In this document: positions 39,701 through 52,205 of the stretch, one piece after another
Layout: every line of letters starts with the position of its first letter
Numbering within the stretch: the first letter of the stretch is position 1
Origin: the human T2T-CHM13v2.0 reference genome, Homo sapiens
NCBI RefSeq assembly: GCF_009914755.1
Contig: NC_060929.1
Strand: one strand, 5' to 3'
DNA length: 64,000 nt
Notes under the pieces: generated by a model
Told to the model about the DNA's origin: nothing
The model's input: only the letters and a program-made list of their open reading frames with translations
Database searches by the model: none
Made by a program: the position numbers and the translations under genes

Positions 39701-42700
39701 TCCTTGCTTAATCTTGTACAATATTGAAATATCTCTGCAGAGTAAGTGTCCATAGATTGCACAGTTGAATGCCCAGCCAGCCCCCAAACTCAATTTTCAG
39801 ATGCAAATTGGATCAATTATACATCTTTTATAGCTTGGAGATACTCATGCTATAATCATGACATTTTTAGTGCTCCTTCTCTTTTGTTGTTCTTTGCTAC
39901 CACTTTAGATTATTAAAAGAAATACAGCCTATTTTAGAGAGCAAGGCACTTACTGAAATTGTGCCTTAGTGCCAGAAATGTCACTTAGCAAAATAAATGG
40001 AAAAGAATACAAGGCACTTTGATGTAAGGACTTATAAAATAGTATACCAAAGCAATTAGGGAACCCTCTAAAATGTTTTTCCAAGGTTAGAAATGTAATC
40101 TCTGAACAGAATTTCTAACCGTTTAACATTGGAAACCATTCCAGTAAGTTGGTTCTAAAAATGACTAACTCTACTAAGCCTTTCTCTGTTTATCTCACCG
40201 CCATCCTTTTAACTGCCATAAAACAAAATCATTAAAGATGTGACCATGAGAGACAAATGTAGAAATGACAATCTCCACCTTTTTGGGTTCATGAACAACC
40301 ACACCCTTTCACTGACCCAGCCAAATTGCTAAAGGTAATGGAAAATAAATGTCCATTAAGCTGAGCCATTCTGAGCTTGACCTTACTTGTTCATGAAACT
40401 AATCCTACTTTAACAGTGTGAGTGAGAATATCCATTTTCTTGCCTTTTAGGTGTAAATTATTTGATCATAGCAGATCAGCAAAAAAGCTAAATAGTTCAG
40501 ATCAATTAGGTTTTGTTCCAAATGAAAGATTTTTGCAGAAACCAGAGAAGCTGAGCAGTCATCTAGATGAACCACTGAGAGGGTTACAGTGAATTAATAG
40601 GCTGCAGCAGGGTGCATTTGTTTTGAAATTTAAGATGTAGTCTTGCAACGTTTTGCCAGGAAATATTTCATAGAGATTCTGGTAATCCAAATAATACAGC
40701 AGCATTCATGGTTCTGTCATCTCTTTCTCTTTCTCCATGTATCCACATATCCATCTGCCTTTCCGCTTTTTCATTGATTTATTAATTGATGATACACATG
40801 AAAAATTAGGCTCTTTACTTCCGATTCAGCTAGATGAGGTTTTTGGATGATTGTTCCTAATGACAAGTGCACAATCACAAGTGATTAAGCAAACACCAAC
40901 CCCTTAGTCTACAAATGCTGACATGGATAAGTACTAGGTAATAAGCTATATATCAAGAACTTATTTATACGTTTTTCAAAATTTATTAAAGTTTGAAAAG
41001 TGTTTAAGCAGTGTGAATATTGTAAAATTAGCTAGAAAAAATAAGAGATTCAAAAAGAATGAATTTATAGGAGATGAAAATGCAAGTCTACAATGATGAC
41101 AGAGAATATTAAAGAGAGAGGACAGTGGAAACAAAAGCAGTGAAACAGTATCAGGTGCAAATAACAAGCATTAATTATGTTTCAGAAAAATAGCACAATA
41201 AACAACATAAAATTAAACTAGACATTATAACATAAAATATAAGGAAGGAGAGTTAAATCAGTTTAAGATAATAATAATTTTGGTAGCAACCATAAGTTTT
41301 CCTGGATGAATATATGTTTTGCTAGGCCGATTATGAACGAAGTTACTTGGAAACCAACATTGAAAGACTACATCAGCAATAGAGCAATAGATAAGTTATT
41401 TGTGAATGGCACCAGACCTGCCTTCCCCCCAAAAAGGAAAATCAGGTTTTTTAAGTTTTGTTGTGACTATAATACCATATGTAATTTTAAAACCAAAATA
41501 AATCATGAAGACAAAGTTGGGGATAAAGTATGACAAGAGGAGTTAAGAATTATAGTTGTGGGGAGGGGAAGAGACAGGAAAAAAGGAAAGTCATAATCTA
41601 TTTACATTAGCCAATACAATTTTCTGATTTGTATACATCCTTTAAAGATTCACCTTTAGCAAAGAATGGTTTTAAATGGATGTTAAGTTTCTTTCCGAGA
41701 AACAAACCAAACAAGCAAACATGGATCCAAAAGAGCCTTCAGTCATCAATATGTGTTCTTTTGCCATCCATGTGTTTAAAAGTATCTTTGGATTTTGAAA
41801 AGTAACTATAGGTTACAGAATGAATTTTGACATTGCCTAACAGGAAGTAGGGATTTGAATGTTCTAAAGTCAGGAATTATTGCACTTCAATACAAGCTAA
41901 CATTTTTTAAGGGATTTGTGTCAGATGCTTTGATAAGGAGTTTACATGCTTTGGCAGGTACTGTAATTAACCCAATTTTTCCAGGTGAAGAGTCTGAACA
42001 TAGACATTTTCACTAATAACCCACGGTTGCTCAGTGATGAAGCCTGCTTTCACACTGAGCAGTGCAGGGTCGCAGCCCAGGTGCTTCCCTACTGGGCTGA
42101 ATTCTGTAATGCTGGGAGGAAAGAGACAGAAGGTTCAGGTTAGACCTATACAGAACTGAACTGCTTGTCACTAGGTGAGAAAACCTGTTGTTCCAATTTT
42201 ATTTCATTTCTCTGGTTGTGAAATTAATATAGCAGGAAATTCAGGAGTACTAACTGTATTGCTATCATAGTAAAGTTCACATACTAGTTAGGCTTCACAT
42301 CTGAGTTAGCTACGGTTTGCCTACAAAAAATGTGGAACCACCATAAAAATAAGGGAGAAAGGCTTGTACCTGAGCCTCCTTTGGGCAGGCCTGTTTTCAC
42401 GTGGTACCCAGATGGAATCCAGTCTCATATGTGATCATAATTATCAATAATGGAGTCGCAGCAACAATAGCAAAATAACGAATCCAAGGTAGAATATTAT
42501 TGGAATTCGTTTAGGGAACAGAGGAGGAAACCAGCATCTCATAGCTCAGAATGAAGTTCTCAACAGTCCTTTGCCATCTTCCCTATTTCTGTAAACTTCC
42601 TCTTAAAGACCACTGTCAAAGTATTTACGGCTTTCTTTCAATGTCTCTCTTCTTTGTCTTCTTTTCCAGACCTTTTACCATCCCCTTTCACCTATAGTTC

Positions 42701-43849
42701 CTCTTTGTCTGTGAGATCTGCATCTTCCCCTCAGTGTTTCTCTTTCCCTTTTGTATGTAGCATGATGTATCCCCATCATGCCCAAGATGATAGGAAAATC
42801 CACCCATCATCTTGCTCCACAAAAAGAATTTCAGGATTCACTCTTTTAAGAAGGTTCAGGATGGGGAAAAATGTCACTATTAATCCAGCATATTTTCCCT
42901 AGTTACACCTGTTACAGCATTACAATAAACAAAGAGGAGATTTGCTGCTGGAGCCCTTATCTCTAACCTGCCCTTGGGTCTTCCTAACAGGTTTTGTGTG
43001 AGGGACTTAGATCTCCACTTTCCCCACACATATTTGGAAATGTTACAATGCAAGGGACCACCATGTATATATAAAGAATAGGCAACGCTTTCAAGTTCAG
43101 ATGTTCACATTCTGTCTGCTCATGGGGAACTCAATTCTTATTGATCCAGGCTGAGAAGAGACAGGAGTCCCTATGAACAGAAATTGGAAGTGGAAAGTTT
43201 GATGGCCACATTCCTCTAGGTGCCCAGGTGAGACTTTTCATCATTATTTTCCATACCATGTGAGAGGCACCAAAAATGAGGACTGTTCTCCAGGAAGGTG
43301 TCCCTGTCACTTTTACTATTGTAGTTTAATTTCTTAAAATGTTGTCAAAGAGGCCTCCTATTTTATCACACACTCACATATATATACTGCAAAGGAGGAC
43401 ATTCATATGATTAAACGTGTCCTCTTTACCGCTGTCAGCAGGAGTAAATGAGAGACCATGAGCAAAGGATAGCATCACCCCTCTACAGGCAGGGAGTGTC
43501 TCTGAGCTCCCAGGAAGACTGTGCCACTGTGGGATTGTACACCTCCAGCAACAGGAGTTAAGTGAGGCCTCTAACTCTGCATGGGGCTAAGGAGAGCCCT
43601 ATGCAACCCTCTCAACACTCACAGCCTCTCACCACTATCTGCCCTAGGAACATAGGACCTAATATCCCATTCTCATTCTTGTAGGTGTAAACTGCCACAA
43701 GAAAGGAAGACTTCAAGTCATCTCTCATTCACCACTAATCTCTAGAGGGTTGTCTGTTGCCTTTTCTGACCCCGTCTTTTATGCCTCCATGCCTTTTGAA
43801 ATGAAAAGCCTCCATGGCTTTTGAAAGACTTTCATGTGCTTTCTAGTAC

Positions 43850-45978
43850 TCAAAGTATTTTCTAACAAAATCCCCTGTGTCCTCATCCATTTCTCTGAGC
43901 ATTTTCCTCACTTTTTTGCTCTAGTAATATCTGAACCTCAGTTAAGGACACTCCTTCCTCTGCTGCTCTCTAAATAATGGCTGTTTTCTCTCCCACTCCT
44001 GCCATTCCACTGGCCTGGAGATGGGAATCAGTGACCTCCTTGGTCCTCATTGCTGCTTCCATGCCATTATCCCTCTATCTCTAAAAATGTCATTTTGTAT
44101 TTTATGTTATCAGGCTATACTTCTCCTGGCTTTTCTTATTGCCATTATCTACCACTGCTGGGACATTGTCTTTCATTCCCTGCATATTTCCTTGCCACTG
44201 TCAATCTCCACCTCAACTCCTTAGTAACATTCATATGCAACATAAATGATCTATCTAATACTCTGCCTTCTTAATCCTTGATATCTTCCCCCGCCATGTT
44301 ACTTACATCCTTTAGTCATCCCCTTCACCTAGTCACTATAAATAATTACAATCCCTCCAAAATCCCAATTTCAAAGATGCTACTCTCTGAACTCATATCT
44401 CTCCAGCTCGCTCCTAGTAACCCCACAACATCAATCCTACAATATCCTCAAAATTTTCAAATCCCTGATCCTGTCATTTATGCATCTCTCCTCTCCCAGC
44501 TTAAATGTCACCGTCAGTCAAACCCATTTCCCAGCAAATGCCCTCGCCTCCTTTATCTATTGTCCTTCAAGTCTCTCATTTGATTTTACCACTAGCCGGT
44601 TAATTTCAACTCTATGAAGCCAAAAGTGACTAAGGAAAAATACACAACTATGCTAACTTGTCTCACTTCAAACACGTGATCACTAACCTCAGCTTGGAAT
44701 TGCCTTGGAGTTGCCTGGTAATCAGACTATATTCCTTGAGTCCATTTACTCAGCCACTATACTGAATGATTAGTTCATACTTTCTCTTCAATTGGAAATA
44801 AATTTTAACAAGTTATTGCCATATCTACCTGTTGACCTGCATCTTTGCCCAGATGCTTTACTTAATCTCCTGTTACAGGATATCGAAAATGCCCAAATCT
44901 GTATCTAGCCAGCTAGAGACATAGAGAGGGGTAACGAAGTAAATGTGGAAAACGTTAACATGGAGGGAATGTAGAAGTTTTTATACTGCTGTTTTAACTT
45001 TTCTGTGGAACTGATATTATTTTAAGAAAAAAACAGTCCTTACTTCCTGACTATGCTTTATTAGGTACTACATAATCTGGATCCTTTTACCTCTCTGAGC
45101 TCACGCGCTACTATGTATTTTTGCTCTTTCGATTCACTCTCCACCCTTCTCCACCCTGATCTGTGCCTAAAGAGCCTCCACTATGTGAGCACATCAGCAG
45201 GTTCCCTTCTCAGCTCCAATATGATTTCAACAATGGGGAGCACTTTCAGAAGAGGGAAGAGTAGGAGACAAGAGAGGTAGGGATATTTATTCCCCTAGAT
45301 CTCTCCTTTCCAGGCCTCATATTTGTGGGAACTGTGTTCTGTATTAGTCTCCTCTACATCTATAGTAAAAGCTCCCTCCATGCTTTGGCCATCCCTCTCT
45401 CTACTCCATTGGAAGCCTAGACCTCCCTAGGGCCTTCATTGTCTCTTGTTTGCTTCCCTTACCTCCATTCACATTTATAAATACTCCATTCATCAAATTC
45501 TCAATTATCCTATGTGATTGTCCACTTTTCCTTCCAGAGTCTGAATGGAAGAAAACACCTCTCCTGCTACTCTGTCCCCAAAGCACTCTGTTTCATCTAT
45601 ACTGGCTTCCATGCTGATCCTTGGACCTGCTAGGGACATATTTGTTCTGTTTTCTCCCCCTGAAACACTATTCCACGAGATATTCACATAGCTTGCTTCC
45701 TCATCTCCTTTCTGCATTTAATCTAAAGTCACTTTCCCAGTGAAACCCAAAATTTCAACCCCTGATACTTCCTACTGGCCTTATCCATAACACTAACTAC
45801 TCACTAATGGATGTATTTTATTTATTTGCCTTTCTCTTACCTGTTTCACCTTTAGAAGATAAGCCACAGGATTGCAGAAATTTCTGTCTCTTTTTTACAA
45901 TGCTGTATCCTGGGGCTAAGAACAGGGCCTGGTACATAGTCATGGCTCATTCAGTATTTGTTGTTGAATAAATTGAAT
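43850..45978 (+). mobile_element. Long L2 remnant interrupted by an L1M 3' fragment (about 44905-45035) and an LTR33-like LTR
   Basis: C-rich L2 ORF2-like sequence ending in the L2 tail gggcctggtacatagt..tcagtatttgttgttgaataaattgaat. Confidence 0.7.
45114..45558 (+). mobile_element. LTR33-like ERVL solo LTR
   Basis: ctccaccctgatctgtgcc..caatggggagcac..gggatatttattcccc..ccattcatcaaattctc. Confidence 0.6.
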
Positions 45979-46059
45979 CTTTGTGTCCAACATAAGGTGA
46001 TCAATGAAGTTTTTGATGAAATACTGATTGACTTACTGACCTACTGAATAAATTTTTAG

Positions 46060-46265
46060 ACACTGAATGAGAAGCCTTAGGAGCTGAGTGGAACTTGAGG
46101 GTTGAGAGATGATTTGCCTCAACCTGCAAATTTCACAGATATGGAAATTTGAGGCCCAGCTTTTAGTGACTTATAGTGAGACTCAGTGTCTCTCACAGCA
46201 CAAGTGAAAAACTAGGTCAGGATGATAATCCAACTCTCTGCCCTCTGAGTCCAGTTCTCTGCCAC
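46060..46265 (-). mobile_element. MIR
   Basis: atttcacagatatggaaatttgaggcccag..ctctgagtccagttctct. Confidence 0.55.
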
Positions 46266-46959
46266 ATTTGCAGATTAGTTTTAGGAAAAAAAAAGAAATA
46301 CATTTCATATTATTCTAACTAGTACTTTATATAAAACATGGCCAGAATTTTGGAATAAACCCCCCTGAAGCTTATATTAGTGCCACAGTCATTTTCAGGG
46401 CTTAAGCCTAGGTAGCTCTGGCTTTAGGCTGGTTTATTATCAAAGCCTCTGTAACCTGTCTCTCAGCTTTTCAATATTACTTCTCACTTTATGAGTGATG
46501 GGTGACCTTTTTGATTCCACTAAGCTTCTGAAGCTAATAAAAGTAAAGGTCCTTTTGCCTCTCCAGCACTCCTGTTGATGCAGAAATTTTTTTTTCTATG
46601 TTCTTTTGCACTAAGTCCTCTTGTTTCCTAATTATCCAGAGTATGGAAACTAAAAGAAAAGAGCATTTGTGCCCAGCCCATACTGGAACAGGAGAAAATA
46701 GTTTCCAAACTATTTCTATTTTTAAAATAGATTTAATAACTAAAAAATCTTTTTAACTTAAATCTCCCTACATTGTTTGCCACTTAAAAGTGACTCATAA
46801 ATAATCATTGTTTTTGGAATAGGCAAAAGAAAACATCTGAGATTTTGTTAATGATGTTTGTTGCTAATAGACCATTTGTTGGTTTTTAATTTTTATATAC
46901 TTATAGCAGAATAGAATATTTTTTAAAAAGTAAATGTAACTAGTTGTCTTTGCCTGAGG

Positions 46960-47110
46960 AAGGCTTAGTGATAACTCAGTAAATTAGCCTCATCCCATTT
47001 TACGGAGGAAAAAATTGAAGTAAAATAGTTTGTCTAAGGACACATAGCTAGAAAGTAGCAGAATTTGGTTTTAATTCAGATCAGTCTGATTCCAATATCC
47101 AAGAAGTTTT
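46960..47110 (-). mobile_element. MIR
   Basis: cccattttacggaggaaaaaattga..gtctaaggacacatagctagaaagtagcagaa..gtctgattcca. Confidence 0.7.
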
Positions 47111-47234
47111 GGACAGTATGGTATGTCTATAAAGTGAATTACTTCCCATGAAAATACAAGTTGTTCCTAAACTAGTATTCTTAAAATTCTTTTACATATT
47201 TTAAAATATTTAAACTGTGCTTCAGAAGCACTGA

Positions 47235-47470
47235 ATATTAGGATTGGAGGTCTCTATGGTTATCTAGTTCAAACTGCTTCTAGAAGCTTGAATGTCTTTA
47301 ACAATATCTGGTCAGCAGAGCATGTGGCCTCAAGTGATAGGAATTCAGTTATTCTACCCAAAGTAGGTTTCACTGTAACACTCATGATTAGAATAGTCTT
47401 TTATTTTGAGATGAATTCTGTATCTTTATGATTTTTGAATTGTGGTCTTTAGAACCAAGATATGGCTAGT
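47235..47470 (-). mobile_element. CR1/L3 fragment
   Basis: gaatattaggattggagg..tctagttcaaac..gtgataggaattca..attagaatagtctt..tgaattctgtatct. Confidence 0.5.
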
Positions 47471-47731
47471 TCATCAAAATATATATTCTAATTCTCTTAA
47501 CTCTCAACTTCTTTTTAGAGTGTAGGGTCAGAACACAATACCATAAACCCTCACTGTAAAACATTTTGGGGGTGAGGAGTCAAACAGCTTTTAAGTTTAA
47601 AATGAAGATGAGTTCAATATTCGAATCTTTAAAATGCATGTGGAATATTGTCAAGTCAATTAAATAACTGATGAGCCAGAGCTCCAGGGTCTGTCTTGTG
47701 ATCCAAATCCACCCTCATCCCTGCTGTGCTT

Positions 47732-47747
47732 TGGCGCCACCTGGTGG
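47732..47747 (-). promoter_or_regulatory. CTCF binding motif (near-consensus)
   Basis: The minus strand reads CCACCAGGTGGCGCCA, matching CCASYAGRKGGCRS at every position and retaining its CpG. Confidence 0.7.
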
Positions 47748-47769
47748 TGGTTACTATGTGACAGACACT

Positions 47770-48300
47770 GTGATGTGTGGGCTGGGTATTCAGTGGGTTA
47801 GATGCTAGTGAGTGAACAGACAGATTCAAACGAACGATGACACAAATAAGAATAGTATAACAAATTGTAATAACTTCAAAGAAGAATAGAAAGAGTTATT
47901 AGGAAAGAATAGACCACAATATTTCATTAGCAGTGAAAAATGAGGAAAGGCTTAAGAAAGTGACATTTTAGACCTGGAGGATTACAGAAGTTTTACATGT
48001 GAGTTCAAGGAAAAGAAAACAGCAAGTGCAAAGATCCTCAATAATATCGAAACATGTATTCAGAAAACTACGAGAGGCTCAATGAGGCTGACAAGTAGTT
48101 AATAGGAGGAGAATGAGACTGGAGAAATAACTAGAAGCCTGAACTTGAAGGGTCTTGAAGAGATTTGGGGATCTTAGGCTGCAATGGGAAGCTATTACAG
48201 CAAGAACTGATATTATCTGAGAAAGAACAAGGGTAAAAGCAAATTAAGAAAAAATATTGCAATGATTTAGGTGAGTGGTGCTGGTGGCAATAGAAATGGT
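47770..48300 (-). mobile_element. L2 fragment
   Basis: gtgaacagacaga..aaagtgacattt..aacagcaagtgcaaagatcct..gcaatgggaagcta. Confidence 0.6.
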
Positions 48301-48734
48301 GGCTAATTTGTTGGGAATTCCCTTTCTCTTGATTTCATTTTATTTTCCATTTTTAACCCTTATGTGGTTTATGAACATGCCCCTGAATTTCAAATGAAGA
48401 AAATGCAGTAACTAGAAACACCATTGGTTGAAGTAAGACCGAAGTTTTTGTTCTCATTTTGTTTGCTTCCTTGTTTTCTTGGGTAGACTGTTTGTCGGGG
48501 ATCGCTCTCTAAGTTGCAACTGCAGCCTTTAAAAACCCTGACCTTCTTCGTGTCCCCTTAGGAAATGAGAAGAAACACTTCAAGGCTGCTGACAACACAC
48601 TGGTCATCTGACCTTCATGCAGCTACTAAAGAAGAGACTGGAAATTGTGGGCTAGGAAGGAAATGTTTCTTCCTTCCCTAATCTGTCAGGATGTTTGTCT
48701 AGCTTCCTCTCAGATGTGAACAAGAAAAGTATAC

Positions 48735-48960
48735 ACTGAGGCAGTATAATTTATTGGGGGAGGAATGCAGGGTCTGAGTCAAAACTGCCTGATAGTTATC
48801 TCAGTGCCACCTCTCTCTTGAACAAGTCATGTAAACTGTTTGGGCCTCAGTTCTACATCTGTACAATGAAAATAATCAAATTCATTTTATAAAGTTTTGA
48901 GTATGATGAAATCAATCAGTATATATAAGTCTTTAGAAGAGTGGCAAATAGGTGATGTTA
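48735..48960 (+). mobile_element. MIR
   Basis: cttgaacaagtca..gggcctcagttctacatctgtacaatgaaaataat. Confidence 0.65.
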
Positions 48961-50304
48961 AAAAAATTAGCTTTTAAGTTTGTGAAAGATTGGTATGTAG
49001 TTGCTTATTAAAGTACTTTGAGCACGATAAAATTGCACCAATAAGGGGGTTATATATTTAGAGTGAGAATAAAAGTACAGTGTTTCAACATTTTCTGTCA
49101 GCTACCTGGAGATGAGTCATATACCATAAATACTTTCTCTTAACTTGAACACCCACAAAAATCTAAGCTCAGCAAAAGGATAAAATGAACAGGAAAATGA
49201 AATAAACTAGGGTTTCTACTTATATCCCATTTCGATTAAGAATTTTAAGGAAGAGGCTCTTAATGTATATTTTCTATTTCTCCAAAGGTTAAAAATCTGT
49301 TGGAAGGAATCTCCCCACCATCCACTTAAAAGCATTTTGATGCCCCTAATCAGTGTATTGTAAATAAGGAAGAAACTAAGTAAAAGAAAATGCTGTCAAG
49401 ACAGGAAATGGACATTGTGGTGACTAACCTGAAATATAACTAAAGACATAAACTCTTAACTGCATTTTCTCTTAAAGGATTTTATGTATAATGTTAAAAA
49501 ATAGTTTTGTCTGGATAACTGAGTTGGACTATAAACAACAGTCTGCAAGAGTAATACTTCCCAAGATGGCACTCTGATTTTTTTTTTAACCAGCAGACCA
49601 CTTTGGCAATAGCCAAAAGATTCAGGAATAACTTAATGACATAGCCAGATGTGTCTTAGAAAATCAACTGTCTGGCCAAACCACCAAACCCTACAAAAAG
49701 GGAGAATGAGCTCAGCAGGTAGAAAAAAATTCCGTCATGCACGATGTATGCTAGGAATATTATTGTGACTCAATTAATAGCATAGTCTCTATTTGCTATT
49801 TGGTTTTAAAACTCTTTCTCATTGAAGCCAGTTTCTCTCAGTGCTTCTGCAAGATAACAAATATACCTTTACTAAGTCATATCCTAGCATCCTGAAAGTG
49901 TTCCTGTGTGTTCCAGCAGTGCTTGATGTACTCCCCAGCATGCTGTACTCAGCTGTTGATTCTGGCCTATTATTACAGAAAAGCAGCATGCGTTAGTCCT
50001 TTAGATGTATTGATATCTAGTGAACCACTAAACTATGGTTTGTTTATTAACATTTGATTTGCAAAGCCAGTTACTATTTAAAGATGTTTCTTTAAAGAAA
50101 GACAAGTTTATCTTTCTATGAGTGGGCAACATGTCTTCCTATGTGTGGGCTCACATGTCTCCCTCACTTCTCCCTACCTCCTGATGCTTAATATGTTCCA
50201 GAATTCTTCACCAGAGGTGGCTTGTCCTTGCCTTTCTCTCATTCTTTCCCAGAGAAGGAAGATATTTTATCTGATTTGAAAGTTTGGGAGCTCATTCAGG
50301 TCAA

Positions 50305-50560
50305 TTTTTCTTTCTCTCCCTCATCTCTGTCTCTGTCACTCTGTCTCAGTCTCCATCTGTCTCCCTGTGTCTCTCTGCCTCTCTCTGTCTCTTTCTGTCC
50401 ATCTCTCTGTGTCTTTCTGCCTCTCTGTGTTTCTGCCTCTTTCTATCTCTCTCTCTCTGTCTCTGTCTCTCTGTCTGTGTCTCTCTCTGTGTCTCTTTCT
50501 GCCTGTCTCTCTTTCCCTGTCTCTCTGTTTCTCTCTCTCTCTCTGCTACTTTCCCTGTCA
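50305..50560. repeat. Degenerate (CT)n/(CTGT)n polypyrimidine tract
   Basis: About 250 bp of ctctgtctct-type repeats seen directly. Confidence 0.95.
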
Positions 50561-50898
50561 GCTAGCTACTGGCAGAAAGATGCATTCTCTACTACTCTTT
50601 GCTCCACAAGAACTTTCTTGCCTATGGGTATTTTGCAGTTTCACCTGCTTTCTGTCATCCCGGTAACCTTACTAGCTTAAGTTGTCTCAGGAAATTGGGG
50701 AAGAGAAGTGAGAGGGCTCTGGCAGTTGATTCTGGAGAGGGGAATAAATTCATTTCAGGGCACAGGAGCCCATTTGAGAAGCAGGCCTTAAAATCTGTTC
50801 TCCGATTACATTCATGTATAGCAAAGGCATCTATGTCTCGTTGCTCAGAAACTGGGCAAAGAAGAGGTGTTTTATATTGACCTCTACATTGTCAACTC

Positions 50899-51129
<231 letters not shown>

Positions 51130-51621
51130 TTAAAGAAATGAATGATGAATGCATGTTGAAGTTTTTATTTCAGGTTTTCCATGAGGGAAGTGTTCCGAAG
51201 AAGCCAAATCACAGAATCTTTCCTGATAGGGTCATTTCATAGGAAAAGAGAGTAAGAATAGATACAAGTTTTTAAAAAAGTATCTAGCTCAAGCTCATTA
51301 GACCCCTGATTGACAGTCACCTGGGAGAGAGCTGCCTACCTAAAGCTCTCAATCTTTTCCAAGTTTGTCAGAAAATTGCTTAAACATTTAAAAAGATATG
51401 CATATTTCTCCCCAGAAGGAGAACATAAATTACTGCATGTACAATTTTTGTCCCAGACCAAAATATGAACAATTTTTGCTTTATCATTTCTTATGCTAAA
51501 ACATTACAATAATGAGATGTTTGACTTTTCTTCTATATGACCCTTTTTGACATCACGTAGGTACTCACATCAAAGTACACTTCAAATAACTGTCAGAATG
51601 ACGTGCCAAATAGTAATGATG

Positions 51622-51722
51622 ATAATAATGATAAACAACCATATGTTAAGCATTTATTATGTGCCAGGTATTATTATAACTACTTGATATTTACTAAATT
51701 ATTTAATCTCACAACCCTATGA
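51622..51722 (-). mobile_element. MIR, left half of a MIR split by an ERVL
   Basis: aagcatttattatgtgccagg..tttaatctcacaaccctatga. Confidence 0.75.
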
Positions 51723-52205
51723 CACTGTTGGGCCCCAATCATATCCCCCGAGACCTCAACATTATAGTGTAGGTTGGATGCATTTTCAAATTTTAGCATA
51801 TGTATCTATTTGCCTGAAACTTTTTCTGGATGCTTGAGCCTGTTCTGCCTGTATTCACTGAAGTGTCAGAGAATTAAGACTTCCTGGAAGAGCCTTAAAC
51901 CAAGTACTTATGGGACTAGGTGTTTAAAAAACCCAGCTCCTTCTCCCCTTAGATGAGATTACTCTGAGGTCATGTGTTCCCCACTAGCTCCCAGGAGGTT
52001 TAAGCCCCACTTATCTACAGTGGTAACTTGCTTGACAATGCACTTTTCATTGGCTGCTTTTACTTTCATTTCTCACTTCCCCACTTCCCAAGAGTATTTC
52101 CTGGATCACTTCCCAAGAGTATTTCCTGGATCTCCTCCCAAATAAATTACTTACAATTGAATCCCTGCCTCATAGTTGGCTTCTGGAGGAATCCAAATGA
52201 AGATA
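51721..52205 (+). mobile_element. LTR16-family ERVL LTR
   Basis: aaaacccagctccttctcccct..cagtggtaacttgcttgacaatgcac..ctcccaaataaattactt..ggcttctggaggaatccaaatgaagata. Confidence 0.75.

Noticed and set aside
50222-50680. 152/93/99-aa Ser/Leu/Cys-rich ORFs
   Set aside because: They stay open only because the CT-rich simple repeat lacks stop codons.
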